A DNA stretch of 64,000 bases from an uncultured Thermoleophilia bacterium (GTDB lineage: Bacteria; Actinomycetota; Thermoleophilia; UBA2241). Position numbers and translations under genes: made by a program. The notes beneath the pieces were generated by a model. The model was given only the letters and a program-made list of their open reading frames with translations, did not search any database and was not told where the DNA came from. Numbering within the stretch: position 1 is the stretch's first letter; the number at the start of each line of letters is the position of its first letter. Below, one piece after another: positions 19,396 to 28,747 of this stretch. The DNA lies in assembly GCA_963765635.1 (NCBI GenBank), contig CAVXXF010000004.1, positions 379,610 through 443,609 of the forward strand, written 5' to 3'.

Positions 19396-19493
19396 GCCGC
19401 GCCAACAAGGGGCCGATCTCGAAAGACGGCCTCGCCGAGCTCTACCGGGGCATCGTCGAGATCACCAAGCGCGAGGCCGCCGCGCAGGACTGA
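19209..19493 (+). CDS. Chorismate mutase (AroQ/CM_2 type, monofunctional)
   Basis: 94-aa ORF with a GTG start. IKQFRDQISDNDLKIIDAINKRLKLVKQLRAYKEQHG...REEWML is the CM_2 helical pattern. This frame is closed by a TGA at 19167..19169. Confidence 0.75.
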   Translation: MADADDDPVIKQFRDQISDNDLKIIDAINKRLKLVKQLRAYKEQHGVDFLDPAREEWMLTFVSRANKGPISKDGLAELYRGIVEITKREAAAQD

Positions 19494-19513
19494 AGCCGCG
19501 GCCGGAGGAGCGT

Positions 19514-19534
19514 CGTCGCCGTCAGGCGGCGACG
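19514..19534. terminator. Weak hairpin between the convergent chorismate mutase and thrB genes
   Basis: CGTCGCCG/CGGCGACG form an 8-bp stem with a 5-nt loop. There is no U-tract, and the hairpin overlaps the thrB stop. Confidence 0.25.
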
Positions 19535-20445
19535 GTGGCGCCGGCCGCCGACGCGTGCAGCCCCAGGGGCTGTGCCACCACGCCCATCCCGCCGAAGGCG
19601 TCGGCCATCGCGCGCGCGACGCGCATCGCGTCGCTCGCCTGCCTGACGAAGGCGATCAGGCTGGGGCCCGAACCAGAGATGGCCACGGCCGCAGCGCCCG
19701 CCTGTTGCGCGGCGACCCAGGCGGCGCGCCCGCCGGGGATGAGCTTGAGGCGGGCCGCCTGGTGCAGCCTGTCTTCCATCACCTGGCTGAGCAGCTCGAA
19801 ATCGCCGGTGCGCAAGGCCTCGACCACCAGCGGGATGCGGCCCAGATTGAACACCGCATCCTTCATCGACACCTGCGTGGGCAGACCGGCGCGCGCCGTG
19901 TGCGTGCTGAACGCGAGCACCGGAACGGCCAGGGCGACGTGCGCCTCGGGCACGAGGATCTTCTTCGTCAGCAGCGTGTCTTCTTTGCGCACCACGATGG
20001 TGAGGCCGCCGAGCAGCGTGGCCGCGACGTTGTCGGGGTGACCGTCGATCTCGGCGGCCAGCTCCAGCAGGCGCGCCTGTTCGAACGGCCGGCCGAGCAG
20101 CGTATTGGCGCCCAGCAGCCCGGCGACCACCGCCGACGCGCTCGAGCCAAGCCCGGACGATGGCGGCACACGCAGATCGCAGTGGATGGCGAGGCCGGCC
20201 GGCGGAGCGGCGCCGGCCTCCTCGCACAGCCGCAAGAACGAGCGCGCGACCAGATTGGTCTCGTCGGTCGGCAGCGTCTCACTGTGCTCGCCCACGGTCA
20301 CGACCCTCACGCCGTCGCCCTCGAGCGAGAAGCGCATGTCGTTCCAGAGGTCGAGCGCCAGGCCGAGGCAGTCGAAGCCGGGGCCGAGGTTGGCCGTGGT
20401 CGCGGGCACGCGCACGCGGCAGCTCGCTGCGGCTGCCCCGTTCAC
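19522..20445 (-). CDS. thrB: Homoserine kinase
   Basis: VRVPATTANLGPGFDCLGLAL and PPSSGLGSSASAVVAGL (GHMP kinase motif) are present. The start is set at GTG 20445, which overlaps the dedA stop (GTGA). The longer 462-aa ORF prefix is off-frame sequence over dedA. Confidence 0.85.
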   Translation of the reverse strand: MNGAAAASCRVRVPATTANLGPGFDCLGLALDLWNDMRFSLEGDGVRVVTVGEHSETLPTDETNLVARSFLRLCEEAGAAPPAGLAIHCDLRVPPSSGLGSSASAVVAGLLGANTLLGRPFEQARLLELAAEIDGHPDNVAATLLGGLTIVVRKEDTLLTKKILVPEAHVALAVPVLAFSTHTARAGLPTQVSMKDAVFNLGRIPLVVEALRTGDFELLSQVMEDRLHQAARLKLIPGGRAAWVAAQQAGAAAVAISGSGPSLIAFVRQASDAMRVARAMADAFGGMGVVAQPLGLHASAAGATVAA

Positions 20446-21125
20446 GCCTCGCCTTCCGCGTCGGGCGAGGCGTCGGCGTCGGTGTTCACGTCCCGCCCGG
20501 GTCGCTCCGCCGGCGTCGCCGGCCGCGGCGCCACTTGACGACCAGGTACACGACGATCGCCGGCCAGCGCCGCGACCACCACGTAGTCGGCGTAGTGCAG
20601 GTACGGGCGGATGTCCTCCCAGTGCGCACCCAGCCGCGTGCCCAGCCACCCCAGGAAGAACACCCACGGGATGCACCCGAGGACCGTGTACAGGGTGAAC
20701 TTCCAGAAAGGCATCTTGGCGATGCCCGCGGGCAGCGAGATGAAGGTGCGCACGATCGGCAACATGCGACTGAAGAACACAGTGACCGGCCCATACTTGG
20801 CGAACCAGCGCTCCGCCAGCTCGACATGGTGATGGCGCAGCAGCACGTACTTGCCGTACTTGTCGATGAAGGGCCGGCCGCCGTACAGACCGACCCAGTA
20901 GGCGATCCACGAGCCGACGACGTTGCCCGCGACGCCGGCGACCGTGATGGCAAAGAGAGTCATGGTGCCCTCGCTCACGGCGAAGCCGGCGAAGGGCATG
21001 ATCGCCTCACTCGGCACGGGGATGCAGGCGCTCTCGAGCAGCATCAGGAAGAAGACGGCCGGCAGGCCCCAGTCGCCGATGAGATTGGTCGCCCACTGGA
21101 CGACGATGTCGATGATAGACGTCAC
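20442..21125 (-). CDS. dedA: DedA family (SNARE-associated) membrane protein
   Basis: 227-aa ORF containing LLESACIPVPSEAIMPFAGF and FFSRMLPIVRTFISLPAGIAKMPFWKF. Confidence 0.85.
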   Translation of the reverse strand: MTSIIDIVVQWATNLIGDWGLPAVFFLMLLESACIPVPSEAIMPFAGFAVSEGTMTLFAITVAGVAGNVVGSWIAYWVGLYGGRPFIDKYGKYVLLRHHHVELAERWFAKYGPVTVFFSRMLPIVRTFISLPAGIAKMPFWKFTLYTVLGCIPWVFFLGWLGTRLGAHWEDIRPYLHYADYVVVAALAGDRRVPGRQVAPRPATPAERPGRDVNTDADASPDAEGEA

Positions 21126-21247
21126 GCGGCACAGGGTACCTCACCGGCTTGCGAAACGGCGAGCCGGCGACAGGTAGTCGGTTTCATGCACCCTTGTTAT
21201 TCAGCATTTGCGGTGACGTATTACCATTGTTATACGGCACCAGAACT

Positions 21248-21529
21248 GCTATCAACTGGACGCGAGACGCACGCAATAGCTCGGCGGAGGTCGACTACGT
21301 CGTCCGCCTCGGCTCCGGGGTACGACCGGTGGAGGTCAAGAGCGGACCCTCCGGCCGACTGCGCAGTATGCATCTTCTTCTCGCCCAGCACCCTGAAGCG
21401 GCGCCAGGGATCGTTCTGTCGACAGCGCCGTACGCCGAGCTGCCTGAGCACGACCTGCTCTTCCTACCGCTCTATTTCGCCGGGTCCCTGCAGAAGACGG
21501 CCGGCGACGCCCGCCTCGCCATCCGGTAG
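21248..21529 (+). pseudogene. C-terminal fragment of a DUF4143-type AAA ATPase gene
   Basis: INWTRDARNSSAEVDYVVRLGSGVRPVEVKSG matches the DUF4143 tail pattern (W..r...EVDFv....ipiEVKsg). The ~300 aa ATPase part is absent, and a low-GC junction lies at 21185..21260. Confidence 0.5.
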
Positions 21530-21593
21530 CCCGCCCCGGGAGGCTATGGTAGGTTCCAGGCTCGACTTCTCACGCCGCAAGGAGGCGCATCGC

Positions 21594-22691
21594 ATGGCCG
21601 TCGGACTCATGGACATCAAGGGGCAGTACGCCGAGCTGCAGGACCGCATCGAAGCGGCCGTGCTCGAGGTGCTGCGCAGCGGGCGCGTCATCCTCGGCCC
21701 CAACGTCAAGGGCTTCGAAGAAGACGCCGCCAAGTACATGGGCACAGCCGGCGCCGTCGGCGTCGCCAACGGCACCGACGGCCTCACCATCGCCCTCCGC
21801 GCCCTCGGCGTGGGGCACGGCGACGAAGTCATCACCGTGCCCTTCACCTTCTACGCCACGGCCGAGGCCATCGCTCAGACCGGCGCCAAGCCGGTGTTCG
21901 TCGACATCCTCCCCGACACGCTCTGCATCGACCCGGCCGCCATCAAGAGCGCCCTCACGCCGCGCACCAAGGCCATCATGCCGGTCGACCTCTTCGGCCT
22001 GCCGGCCGACGCCGACGCCGTGCGCGCCGTGGCGGAGCCTCACGGACTGCCCGTCGTCGAGGACGCCTGCCAGGCCTGGGGCGCGACCTACAACGGCCGT
22101 CGCGCCGGCAGCCTCGGCGACATGGGCGTCTTCAGCTTCTTCCCCACCAAGAACCTCGGCGGCTACGGCGACGGCGGGCTGATCACCGCCCACAGCGAAG
22201 TGCTGGTGCAGCGCGCTCGCGAGCTGCGCTTCCACGGCAGCAAAGACAAGAAGACGTTCACCGACATCGGCTTCAACTCACGCCTCGACGAGCTGCAGGC
22301 GGCGATCCTGCGCATCGAGCTCGAGGTGATCGACGAGTGGAACGCACGTCGCGCCCAGGTGGCGGCCTGGTACGACCAGTACCTGCCGCGCGAGGTGCTG
22401 CGCCCGGCGGTGCCCGAGGGTCTCACGCACGTGTACCACCTCTACGTGCTTCGCCATCCGCAGCGCGACGCCATCGCCGCGGCCTGCAAGGAGCGTAAGG
22501 TCGACTGCGCCGCGTACTACACCAAGCCGCTGCAGCTGCAGCCGGCGTTCGCGGAGCTCGGCCACAAGGTCGGCGACTTCCCCGTCACCGACGCGGCCGC
22601 GGAGCAGAATCTCGCCGTCCCCATGCACCCCAACCTCACCGCGGCGCAGGTGCAGGAGGTGGCCACGGCCGTCGCCGCCGGGCTGGACTGA
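21594..22691 (+). CDS. DegT/DnrJ/EryC1/StrS family sugar aminotransferase
   Basis: ATG 21594 follows AAGGAGG. It has DIKGQYAELQDRIEAAV, ANGTDGLTIALRALG and FSFFPTKNLGGYGDGG (PLP lysine context). Confidence 0.9.
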   Translation: MAVGLMDIKGQYAELQDRIEAAVLEVLRSGRVILGPNVKGFEEDAAKYMGTAGAVGVANGTDGLTIALRALGVGHGDEVITVPFTFYATAEAIAQTGAKPVFVDILPDTLCIDPAAIKSALTPRTKAIMPVDLFGLPADADAVRAVAEPHGLPVVEDACQAWGATYNGRRAGSLGDMGVFSFFPTKNLGGYGDGGLITAHSEVLVQRARELRFHGSKDKKTFTDIGFNSRLDELQAAILRIELEVIDEWNARRAQVAAWYDQYLPREVLRPAVPEGLTHVYHLYVLRHPQRDAIAAACKERKVDCAAYYTKPLQLQPAFAELGHKVGDFPVTDAAAEQNLAVPMHPNLTAAQVQEVATAVAAGLD

Positions 22692-22744
22692 GCGCCGGTC
22701 CCGGCCGCTCGCGAGCGCCGGCGCCTGAGCCGGGAGAGGCGGCG

Positions 22745-23812
22745 ATGAGGATCTGGGTCGACATCACCGACGCCTCCCACGTCGTGTTCTTCGCACCGAT
22801 CGTGCGGTCGCCTGGAGGACGCCGGTCACACCGTGACGATCACGGCGCGGCGCTTCGCCGGCGCCGACCTCGTCTTGCGGCGTTACGGTCTCGGCGGCGT
22901 GCTCACCACCGGTCATCGCGGCGGGAGTCTCGGCACACGCGTCGTCGGCCTCGTGAACCGCTCCGCTCAGCTCCTCGGCTCCGCCTCGAGCGGCCGCTTC
23001 GACGTGGCCGTCGGCAGCCATGCCACCGACTTCGCCCTCGCGGCCTGGACGCTGGGTATCCCGCAGCTGACCTTTCTCGACGACGAGCGGCTGCGCCGCG
23101 GCAACGCCGTCAACGTACGCCTCGTCGACGAGGTCGCGGTGCCGCAGGCCATCCCGCCGGCGGCGCTGGCGGCCCTCGGGGCGCCGCCGGACAAGCTCTT
23201 CCGCTACCCGGGCTTCAAGGAGGAGTACTACCTCCACGACTTCAGCCCGGATCCGCACGTGCTCGCGGCGCTCGGCGTCGAGCGCCGTCGGGTAGTCGGC
23301 GTCGTGCGTCCGGCGCGTCCGGCGCGGGGTCCAGCGGCGCACCGTCGCACGATGAAGTGGCTCTGGGTGGCCTGGTCTGCGAGCTGGCCCGGCGACGCAA
23401 CGTGTCACTGGTCCTCGTGGCCCGCGACGCAGGGCAGCGCGAGCGTTTTCTGGCGCTCGGTGCGCCCGGACTGATCGCCCCCGACGGGCCGGTGCCCGGC
23501 GGCGCCAGTCTCATCGCCGCCGCCGATTTCGTGATCGGCAGCGGTGGGGTCATGGCGCGCGAGGCGGTCGCACTCGGCACGCCGGCGTACACCGTGTCGC
23601 TCAGGCGGCCGGCGGCCGTGGACGCCGCCTTGCTCGACGAAGGTCGCCTGCGGCAAGCCTCGGGGGCGGAGGACATCGAGCTCAAGAAGAAGAGCAACGC
23701 GCGGACGACGCAGGCGCTGCCGCGCGACCCCGCCCTCTTCGTCGACCGGCTGCTCGAGCTGGCGCGCCGGCGCTCCCCGCGGCGTGCCTCTGGCGGAGCA
23801 CTGACAGAGTGA
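22745..23812 (+). pseudogene. DUF354 family protein gene with two frameshifts
   Basis: MRIWVDITDASHVVFFAPIVR (DUF354 N-terminus) continues in the frame of ORF 22833..23474 (GHTVTITARRFAGADLVLRRYG...). It returns to the first frame near 23320 (LVCELARRRNVSLVLVARDAGQ...IGSGGVMAREAVALGTPAY). Confidence 0.65.
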
Positions 23813-23813
23813 G

Positions 23814-23828
23814 ATAAGCTTCGCTTAT
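23814..23828. promoter_or_regulatory. Inverted repeat ATAAG-N5-CTTAT overlapping the lysR start codon (possible autoregulatory site)
   Basis: It sits inside TGACAGAGTGAGATAAGCT (23802..23820). That sequence shares the TGACAG and ATAAGCT blocks with the site at 24881..24893. Confidence 0.3.
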
Positions 23829-24729
23829 GGACATCCGCCAGATCAAGCTCTTCTGCCGCATCGTCGACCGCAAGAGCTTCTCGCTGGCCGCCGACGAGAT
23901 GCACATCACTCAGCCGGCGGCCAGCCAGCAGGTCCACAGCCTCGAGCGTGAGCTCAAGACGACGCTACTCGACCGCTCGCGCCGCACCGTGGTCGCCACC
24001 GACTCCGGTCAGGTGCTCTACCGCTATGGGCGCGAGATCCTCGACCTGCACGAGCGCGCCTGCACCGAGATCCTCGACCTCGGTGAGCTGGTGGCAGGCC
24101 GCGTCGTGGTCGGCGCCTCCACTGGCCCCGGCGAACACGTGCTGCCCGGGATGCTCACGCAGTTCAAGGAGGAGTACCCGGGCGTCGCGATCTCGCTGCA
24201 CGTCGACGACACGCACGCCGTCGTAGAGCGCGTGCTCGCGCGTGAGTTCGAGATCGGCGCCGTGGGCGCCGTTACGCCGCGGCCGGAGCTGGTCGCGGAG
24301 CCGCTCGCCCGCGATGAGATCGTCCTCGTCTGCAGCCCGAGTCATCCCTGGGCGTCGCGCGAGCCGGTCACGCTCGACGACCTCGTCGCCGAGCCACAGA
24401 TCATGCAGCAGCATGGCGCGGGGGTGCGTACCGTGGTCGAAGACCACCTGCGGCGCGCCGGCGTGCGCCTCGAGAAGCTGAACGTGGTCATGGAGATGGG
24501 CCTCATGGAATCGGCCAAGCAGGCCGCCATCTCGGGCGGCGGCGTCACGTTCGTGAGCCGCTGGGCGATCGGGCCGGAGGTCGAGCACGGCACGCTCGTG
24601 GTGGTACCGATCGAGGGCTTCCGCATCCTGCGCGACTTCTACAGCGTGCGCTCCAGGACGCGCGTGCTGAGCCGGGCCGCGGAGAGCCTGCTCGCGTTCT
24701 TCCGCGAGCAGTACGCCGCGGCCGGCTGA
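23827..24729 (+). CDS. LysR family transcriptional regulator
   Basis: 300-aa ORF. MDIRQIKLFCRIVDRKSFSLAADEMHITQPAASQQVHSLE is the canonical LysR HTH, and a substrate-binding domain follows. Confidence 0.85.
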   Translation: MDIRQIKLFCRIVDRKSFSLAADEMHITQPAASQQVHSLERELKTTLLDRSRRTVVATDSGQVLYRYGREILDLHERACTEILDLGELVAGRVVVGASTGPGEHVLPGMLTQFKEEYPGVAISLHVDDTHAVVERVLAREFEIGAVGAVTPRPELVAEPLARDEIVLVCSPSHPWASREPVTLDDLVAEPQIMQQHGAGVRTVVEDHLRRAGVRLEKLNVVMEMGLMESAKQAAISGGGVTFVSRWAIGPEVEHGTLVVVPIEGFRILRDFYSVRSRTRVLSRAAESLLAFFREQYAAAG

Positions 24730-24874
24730 CCGCGTCGGCGCAGCCGCCAGCATCGCGGCCCATTCATTTTCTGCATAGGTGCAGACGCTTCCATCAGCGA
24801 TGCTGATGCTGTGAGCGTCGCCGGGCTCGGACCGGCTCCCGGCTCGCCGGCAGACTCCTTGTCCATAGTCTTCA

Positions 24875-24891
24875 CTTATTTGACAGATAAG
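24875..24891. promoter_or_regulatory. LysR-type box CTTAT-N7-ATAAG (contains T-N11-A) upstream of the TauE-like gene
   Basis: A perfect 5-bp dyad in an AT-richer patch between lysR and the downstream transporter. Confidence 0.35.
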
Positions 24892-25029
24892 CTGGGTCTC
24901 CCCATACTCACGCCCATTCAGGTGCCGACGGCCGCGCTGCCGCCGGTACCCATCCCGACTTCCGCGGAGACTTGATGACCGACAGCGAGTCCAACGCCAC
25001 CACCATCGACGCTGGCGCCGGGTGCGCCG

Positions 25030-25992
25030 GTGCTCGGCGGGCACGTCCCGGAGCCAGACCACGACGGTTTCTTCGACCCGGACATCGACGACACGCTCCC
25101 GCCGTTCCGCCCCGGCCCCGAGCCCACCGGCGCCTGGAAGATGCGCTGGGCGCTGGGCATCGGCGGCTGGGCGCTCTTTGTGGCCGCTGTGTACGCGGGC
25201 TTCGGCGCCCACCTCAACCCCTATCTCAGTCTGACCGGCCTGCTGGTCGGTTTCCTCGTGGGGCTCACCGGGATGGGCGGCGGCGCGCTGATGACGCCCA
25301 TCCTCATCTTCTTCTTCGGTTTCCAGCCGACGATGGCGATCGGCACCGACGTCACCTACGCCGCGGTGACCAAGATGTTCGGCTCGTGGAAGCACTGGCG
25401 GCAGGGCTCGGTGGACGTGCCCCTGGCGCTCTGGCTCGCCTTGGGGAGCGTGCCGGCGGCGCTGGCCGGCGTCGCCGCCGTCACGTACGTCAAGAACAAC
25501 TACGGCGACCTCATCAACGGCATCCTCTACCGCGCCATCGGCTCCGCCCTGATGATGGTCGGCGTGCTGCTGGTCGTGAAGGTCGTCATGCACGTCGACC
25601 AGCACCACCGCCGCGAGGACATCAAGATGACCGCGCGCTTCAAGGTCATGACCGTCCTGCTGGGCATCGGCTGCGGCTTCATCATCGGTCTCACGTCGGT
25701 CGGCAGCGGCACGCTGCTGGCCGTCTTCCTGATCCTGCTCTACCCCCTCACCACGGACCGCATCGTGGGCACCGACGTGTTCCACGCGATGATCCTCCTG
25801 ACAATCACCGGCCTTGCCCAGATCGGCGTCGGGAATGTCGACCTGTGGATGGTCACGGCCCTGCTCATGGGCTCGATCCCGGGAGTGCTCATCGGCTCGC
25901 AGCTCACCGTGCATGCTCCGACCCGCGTGCTGCGCAGCATCCTCGCCGTCGTCCTCTTCTTGAGCGGCCTGGCGCTGCTGTTCAAGGCGTAG
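25030..25992 (+). CDS. TauE/SafE family sulfite/organosulfonate exporter-like membrane protein; 5' end uncertain
   Basis: Multiple TM helices with LVGFLVGLTGMGGGALMTPILIF and a second GIGCGFIIGLTSVGSGTLL repeat. An ATG at 24975 with a GGAGA RBS opens a GC3-rich frame (MTDSESNATTIDAGA) that is out of frame with 25030. The gene may therefore carry a frameshift near 25020. Confidence 0.7.
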   Translation: MLGGHVPEPDHDGFFDPDIDDTLPPFRPGPEPTGAWKMRWALGIGGWALFVAAVYAGFGAHLNPYLSLTGLLVGFLVGLTGMGGGALMTPILIFFFGFQPTMAIGTDVTYAAVTKMFGSWKHWRQGSVDVPLALWLALGSVPAALAGVAAVTYVKNNYGDLINGILYRAIGSALMMVGVLLVVKVVMHVDQHHRREDIKMTARFKVMTVLLGIGCGFIIGLTSVGSGTLLAVFLILLYPLTTDRIVGTDVFHAMILLTITGLAQIGVGNVDLWMVTALLMGSIPGVLIGSQLTVHAPTRVLRSILAVVLFLSGLALLFKA

Positions 25993-26023
25993 GCAGCGCC
26001 GCTAGGCCGGCTGTCGAGGTCCC

Positions 26024-27053
26024 TCAGCTGTGATGGACCTCCATTGTGACTCGCCGGTCCCACCATGGGCTGTCGCCGGCGGGGACCGTCTCGGCGCCGT
26101 CGCCGTCGAACGTGCGGGTCGCGCGCGGACGCACATGCACCGTTCTGCCCGGCTCAAGAGCCGCCGCCGACTCGCGCGTCGTCTGCGCCCAGAGCTTGCG
26201 GCCGTTGGGCAGCTCGAGCTCGACGCGCACCTCGAAGCCCAGGTGGGTGATGCGGTCGATCATCGCCTCGGTGGTCGCGCCGTTCGGCTCGAGCAGCAGC
26301 TCGACGTCGTGCGGGCGCACCAGCGCGTCGCCGAGCTTGTTGACCGGGCCGAGGAAGCTCATCGACGAACTCGTTGCCGGGCCTCTCGTAGAGCTCGCGC
26401 GGCGGCCCGATCTGCTCGATGCGACCTTCGTTCATGACGACGATCTGGTCGGCGACCTCCATCGCCTCCTCCTGGTCGTGCGTGACGAAGACCGTCGTCA
26501 CGTGCACCTCGTCGTGCAGGCGGCGCAGCCAGGCGCGCAGCTCCTTGCGCACGCTCGCGTCGAGGGCGCCGAACGGCTCGTCGAGCAGCAGCACCTTCGG
26601 CTCGACGGCGAGCGCCCGCGCCAGGGCCATGCGCTGGCGCTGGCCGCCGGAGAGCTGCGACGGGTAGCGCTCCGCGAGCCCGTCGAGCTGCACGAGCTCC
26701 AGCAGCTCGTCGACGCGGGCCGCGATCTCGGCCTTCGGGCGGCTTGCGGATCGAGAGGCCGAAGGCGACGTTGTCGCGCACCGTCATGTGCTTGAACGCG
26801 GCGTAGTGCTGGAAGACGAAGCCGACTCCGCGCTCGCGCGCGGGGCGCGCGGTCGCGTCCTCGTCCGGAGATGATCACTTCGCCGGCGTCGGCGCGCTCG
26901 AGCCCGGCGATCACGCGCAGCAGCGTCGACTTGCCCGAGCCGCTCGGGCCGAGCAGTGCCGTCAGCGCGCCGCCGGCGACCTCGAGCGAGACGTCGTCGA
27001 GCGCGACGAAGTCGCCGAAGCGCTTGGTGACACCGATCGACGCTGATGGTCAT
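26024..27053 (-). pseudogene. cysA: Sulfate/thiosulfate ABC transporter ATP-binding protein CysA, at least four frameshifts
   Basis: The protein is reconstructed across five ORF fragments. It runs MTISVDR / [56 protein letters not shown] / [42 protein letters not shown] / [58 protein letters not shown]...VTHDQEEA...NEFV / [11 protein letters not shown].... Frame changes lie near 27030, 26868, 26738 and 26365. Confidence 0.8.
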
Positions 27054-27901
27054 GTGACCGACCTCCTTGGGTTGTCAGCACGGTCATGGTGAGCACGATC
27101 ACCAGAGCGATCACCGCCAGGACCAGGGACGACGCGTAGGCGCCGACGAGGTCGAACTGCTGGAAACGCTCCTCGACGAGGACAGTGAGCGTCGCCGTCC
27201 GGCCGGCGATCTTGCCGGAGACGATGCTAACGGCCCCGAACTCGCCGAGGGCACGAGCGGTCGTGAGGACGACGCCGTAGGTGACGCCCCCCGGATCGCC
27301 GGCAGGGTGACGCGCCAGAACGTCTGCCACGGCGTCGCGCCGAGCGTCGCGGCCGCCTGCTCCTGCTCGTCGCCGATCTCGTGCAGCACGGGGACCACCT
27401 CGCGCACCACGAACGGCAGCGAGACGAAGATGGTCGCGAGCACCATTGCCGGGGACGCGAAGATGACCCGGATCGCCGTGTTCCGCCAGCCACCCGCCGA
27501 GCCACCCGGTGCGGCCCGTAGACGAGGACCAGCGCCAGGCCGACGACGACCGGCGAGACCGCGAACGGCAGGTCGATCAGCGCGCTCAGCAGCGCCTTGC
27601 CGCGGAAACCTGCGGCGGACCATCACCAGGGCGCAGAGCATGCCGAACAGCGTGTTCAGCGGCACGGCGATCGCGGCGATGAGCAACGGTGAGGTACAGG
27701 GCGTGCAGACGTCATGCGGGTCAGTCGAGCGCCTGCAGCACCGGCTGCAGGCCGTGCTCGAACGTCCGGTAGAAGATCATCCCGACGGGCAGCACCAGGA
27801 TCAGCGCCAGGTAGACGAGGGCGACGGTCGCGCAGGCCGTACCTGCTGGCGCGCGTCCCTCTGGCGCCGGGCGCAGCAGGCCGGCTGCTACTCCTCCTCA
27901 T
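27050..27901 (-). pseudogene. cysW: Sulfate ABC transporter permease CysW, multiple frameshifts
   Basis: ATG 27901 follows GGAAGGAGG. Recognisable pieces lie in different frames: LIAAIAVPLNTLFGMLCALVMVRRRF, AIRVIFASPAMVLATIFVSLPFVVREVVPVLHEIGDEQEQAAATLGATPWQTFWRVTLPAIRG and GVTYGVVLTTARALGEFGAVSIVSGKIAGRT. The expected ATGA overlap with cysA is present in a further frame. Confidence 0.65.
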
Positions 27902-28735
27902 CGCCCCTCCTTCCCCAGCGCTGCACGAAGGCGAGCGCAAGCAGCACGCCGAACGAGATGAGGAGCAGGACGACCGCGACGCGCCGCGGCCCCGGCGGAA
28001 TCGCCGCTCTCGATCTGGGCGAAGATGCACACCGAGGCGACCTGCGGTCTTGAACGGGATGTTGCCGGAGATCAGGACGACCGAGCCGAACTCGCCGATG
28101 GCGCGCGCGAACGCCAGCGCCGGCGCCGGAGACGATCGCCGGGCAGCAGGTTCGGCAGGACGATCGCGGCGGAAGATCGTGAAGCCGCGGGCGCCGAGCG
28201 AGGCGGCCGCCTCCTCGACCTCCTGGTCGAGCTCGATCAGCACCGGCTGCACCGAGCGCACCACGAACGGCAGCGTCACGAACAGCAGCGCCAGCAGCAC
28301 GCGCGGCGCGCGTGTAGGCGAGGTTCGACGCCGACCGGGCTGTCGGGGCCGTAGAGGGCCAGCAGCGTCAGCCCGGCGACGATCGTCGGCAGCGCGAACG
28401 GGAGGTCGATGAGCGCGTTGACGAGTCGTCTTGCCGGGGAACGTCGTCGCGCACGAGCACCCAGGCGATGACGGTGCCGACCACGGCGTTGACCGCGGCG
28501 ACAGCCGAGGAGATGACGAGGCTCGAGCTGCAGCGCCGCCCGCGTGTCGGGCTGCTGACGACGCGCCAGAACGCGGCCGGTCCCAGCTCGGCCGCGTGCC
28601 AGACGACGGCGGCGAGCGGGATGAGCACGATGACGCTGAGGTACAGCGTGACGAGGCCGACGCCCAGCCAGGTGCTCCCGACTCTCGGCGGCGGAGCGCC
28701 TTCGGCGGCGCGGCCTCGCGGAAGCGTCCTCGGCC
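27888..28735 (-). pseudogene. cysT: Sulfate ABC transporter permease CysT, multiple frameshifts; start not resolved
   Basis: Pieces in different frames: WLGVGLVTLYLSVIVLIPLAAVVW, ISSAVAAVNAVVGTVIAWVLVRD, LLFVTLPFVVRSVQPVLIELDQEVEEAAASLGARGFTIF and IGEFGSVVLISGNIPFKT. The end reads ...LAFVQRWGRRGDEEE-TAG at 27888..27890. Confidence 0.6.
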
Positions 28736-28747
28736 GCGCGCTAACCG

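Noticed and set aside
20446-20910. N-terminal 155-aa extension of the thrB ORF (462-aa version)
   Set aside because: The extension overlaps dedA in another frame and is R/A/G/H-rich. Homoserine kinase homology begins right after GTG 20445, which overlaps the dedA stop.
20160-22691. 843-aa plus-strand ORF
   Set aside because: Only the last 366 codons (from ATG 21594 with AAGGAGG) are the DegT aminotransferase. The upstream part is Arg/Pro-rich read-through antisense to thrB/dedA and across the DUF4143 relic.
23965-25914. 649-aa minus-strand ORF spanning lysR and the TauE-like gene
   Set aside because: Its composition is dominated by R/G/D/H/A/E runs with no recognisable domain, and it is antisense to two ORFs with clear family motifs. 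This is the typical shadow ORF of GC-rich DNA.
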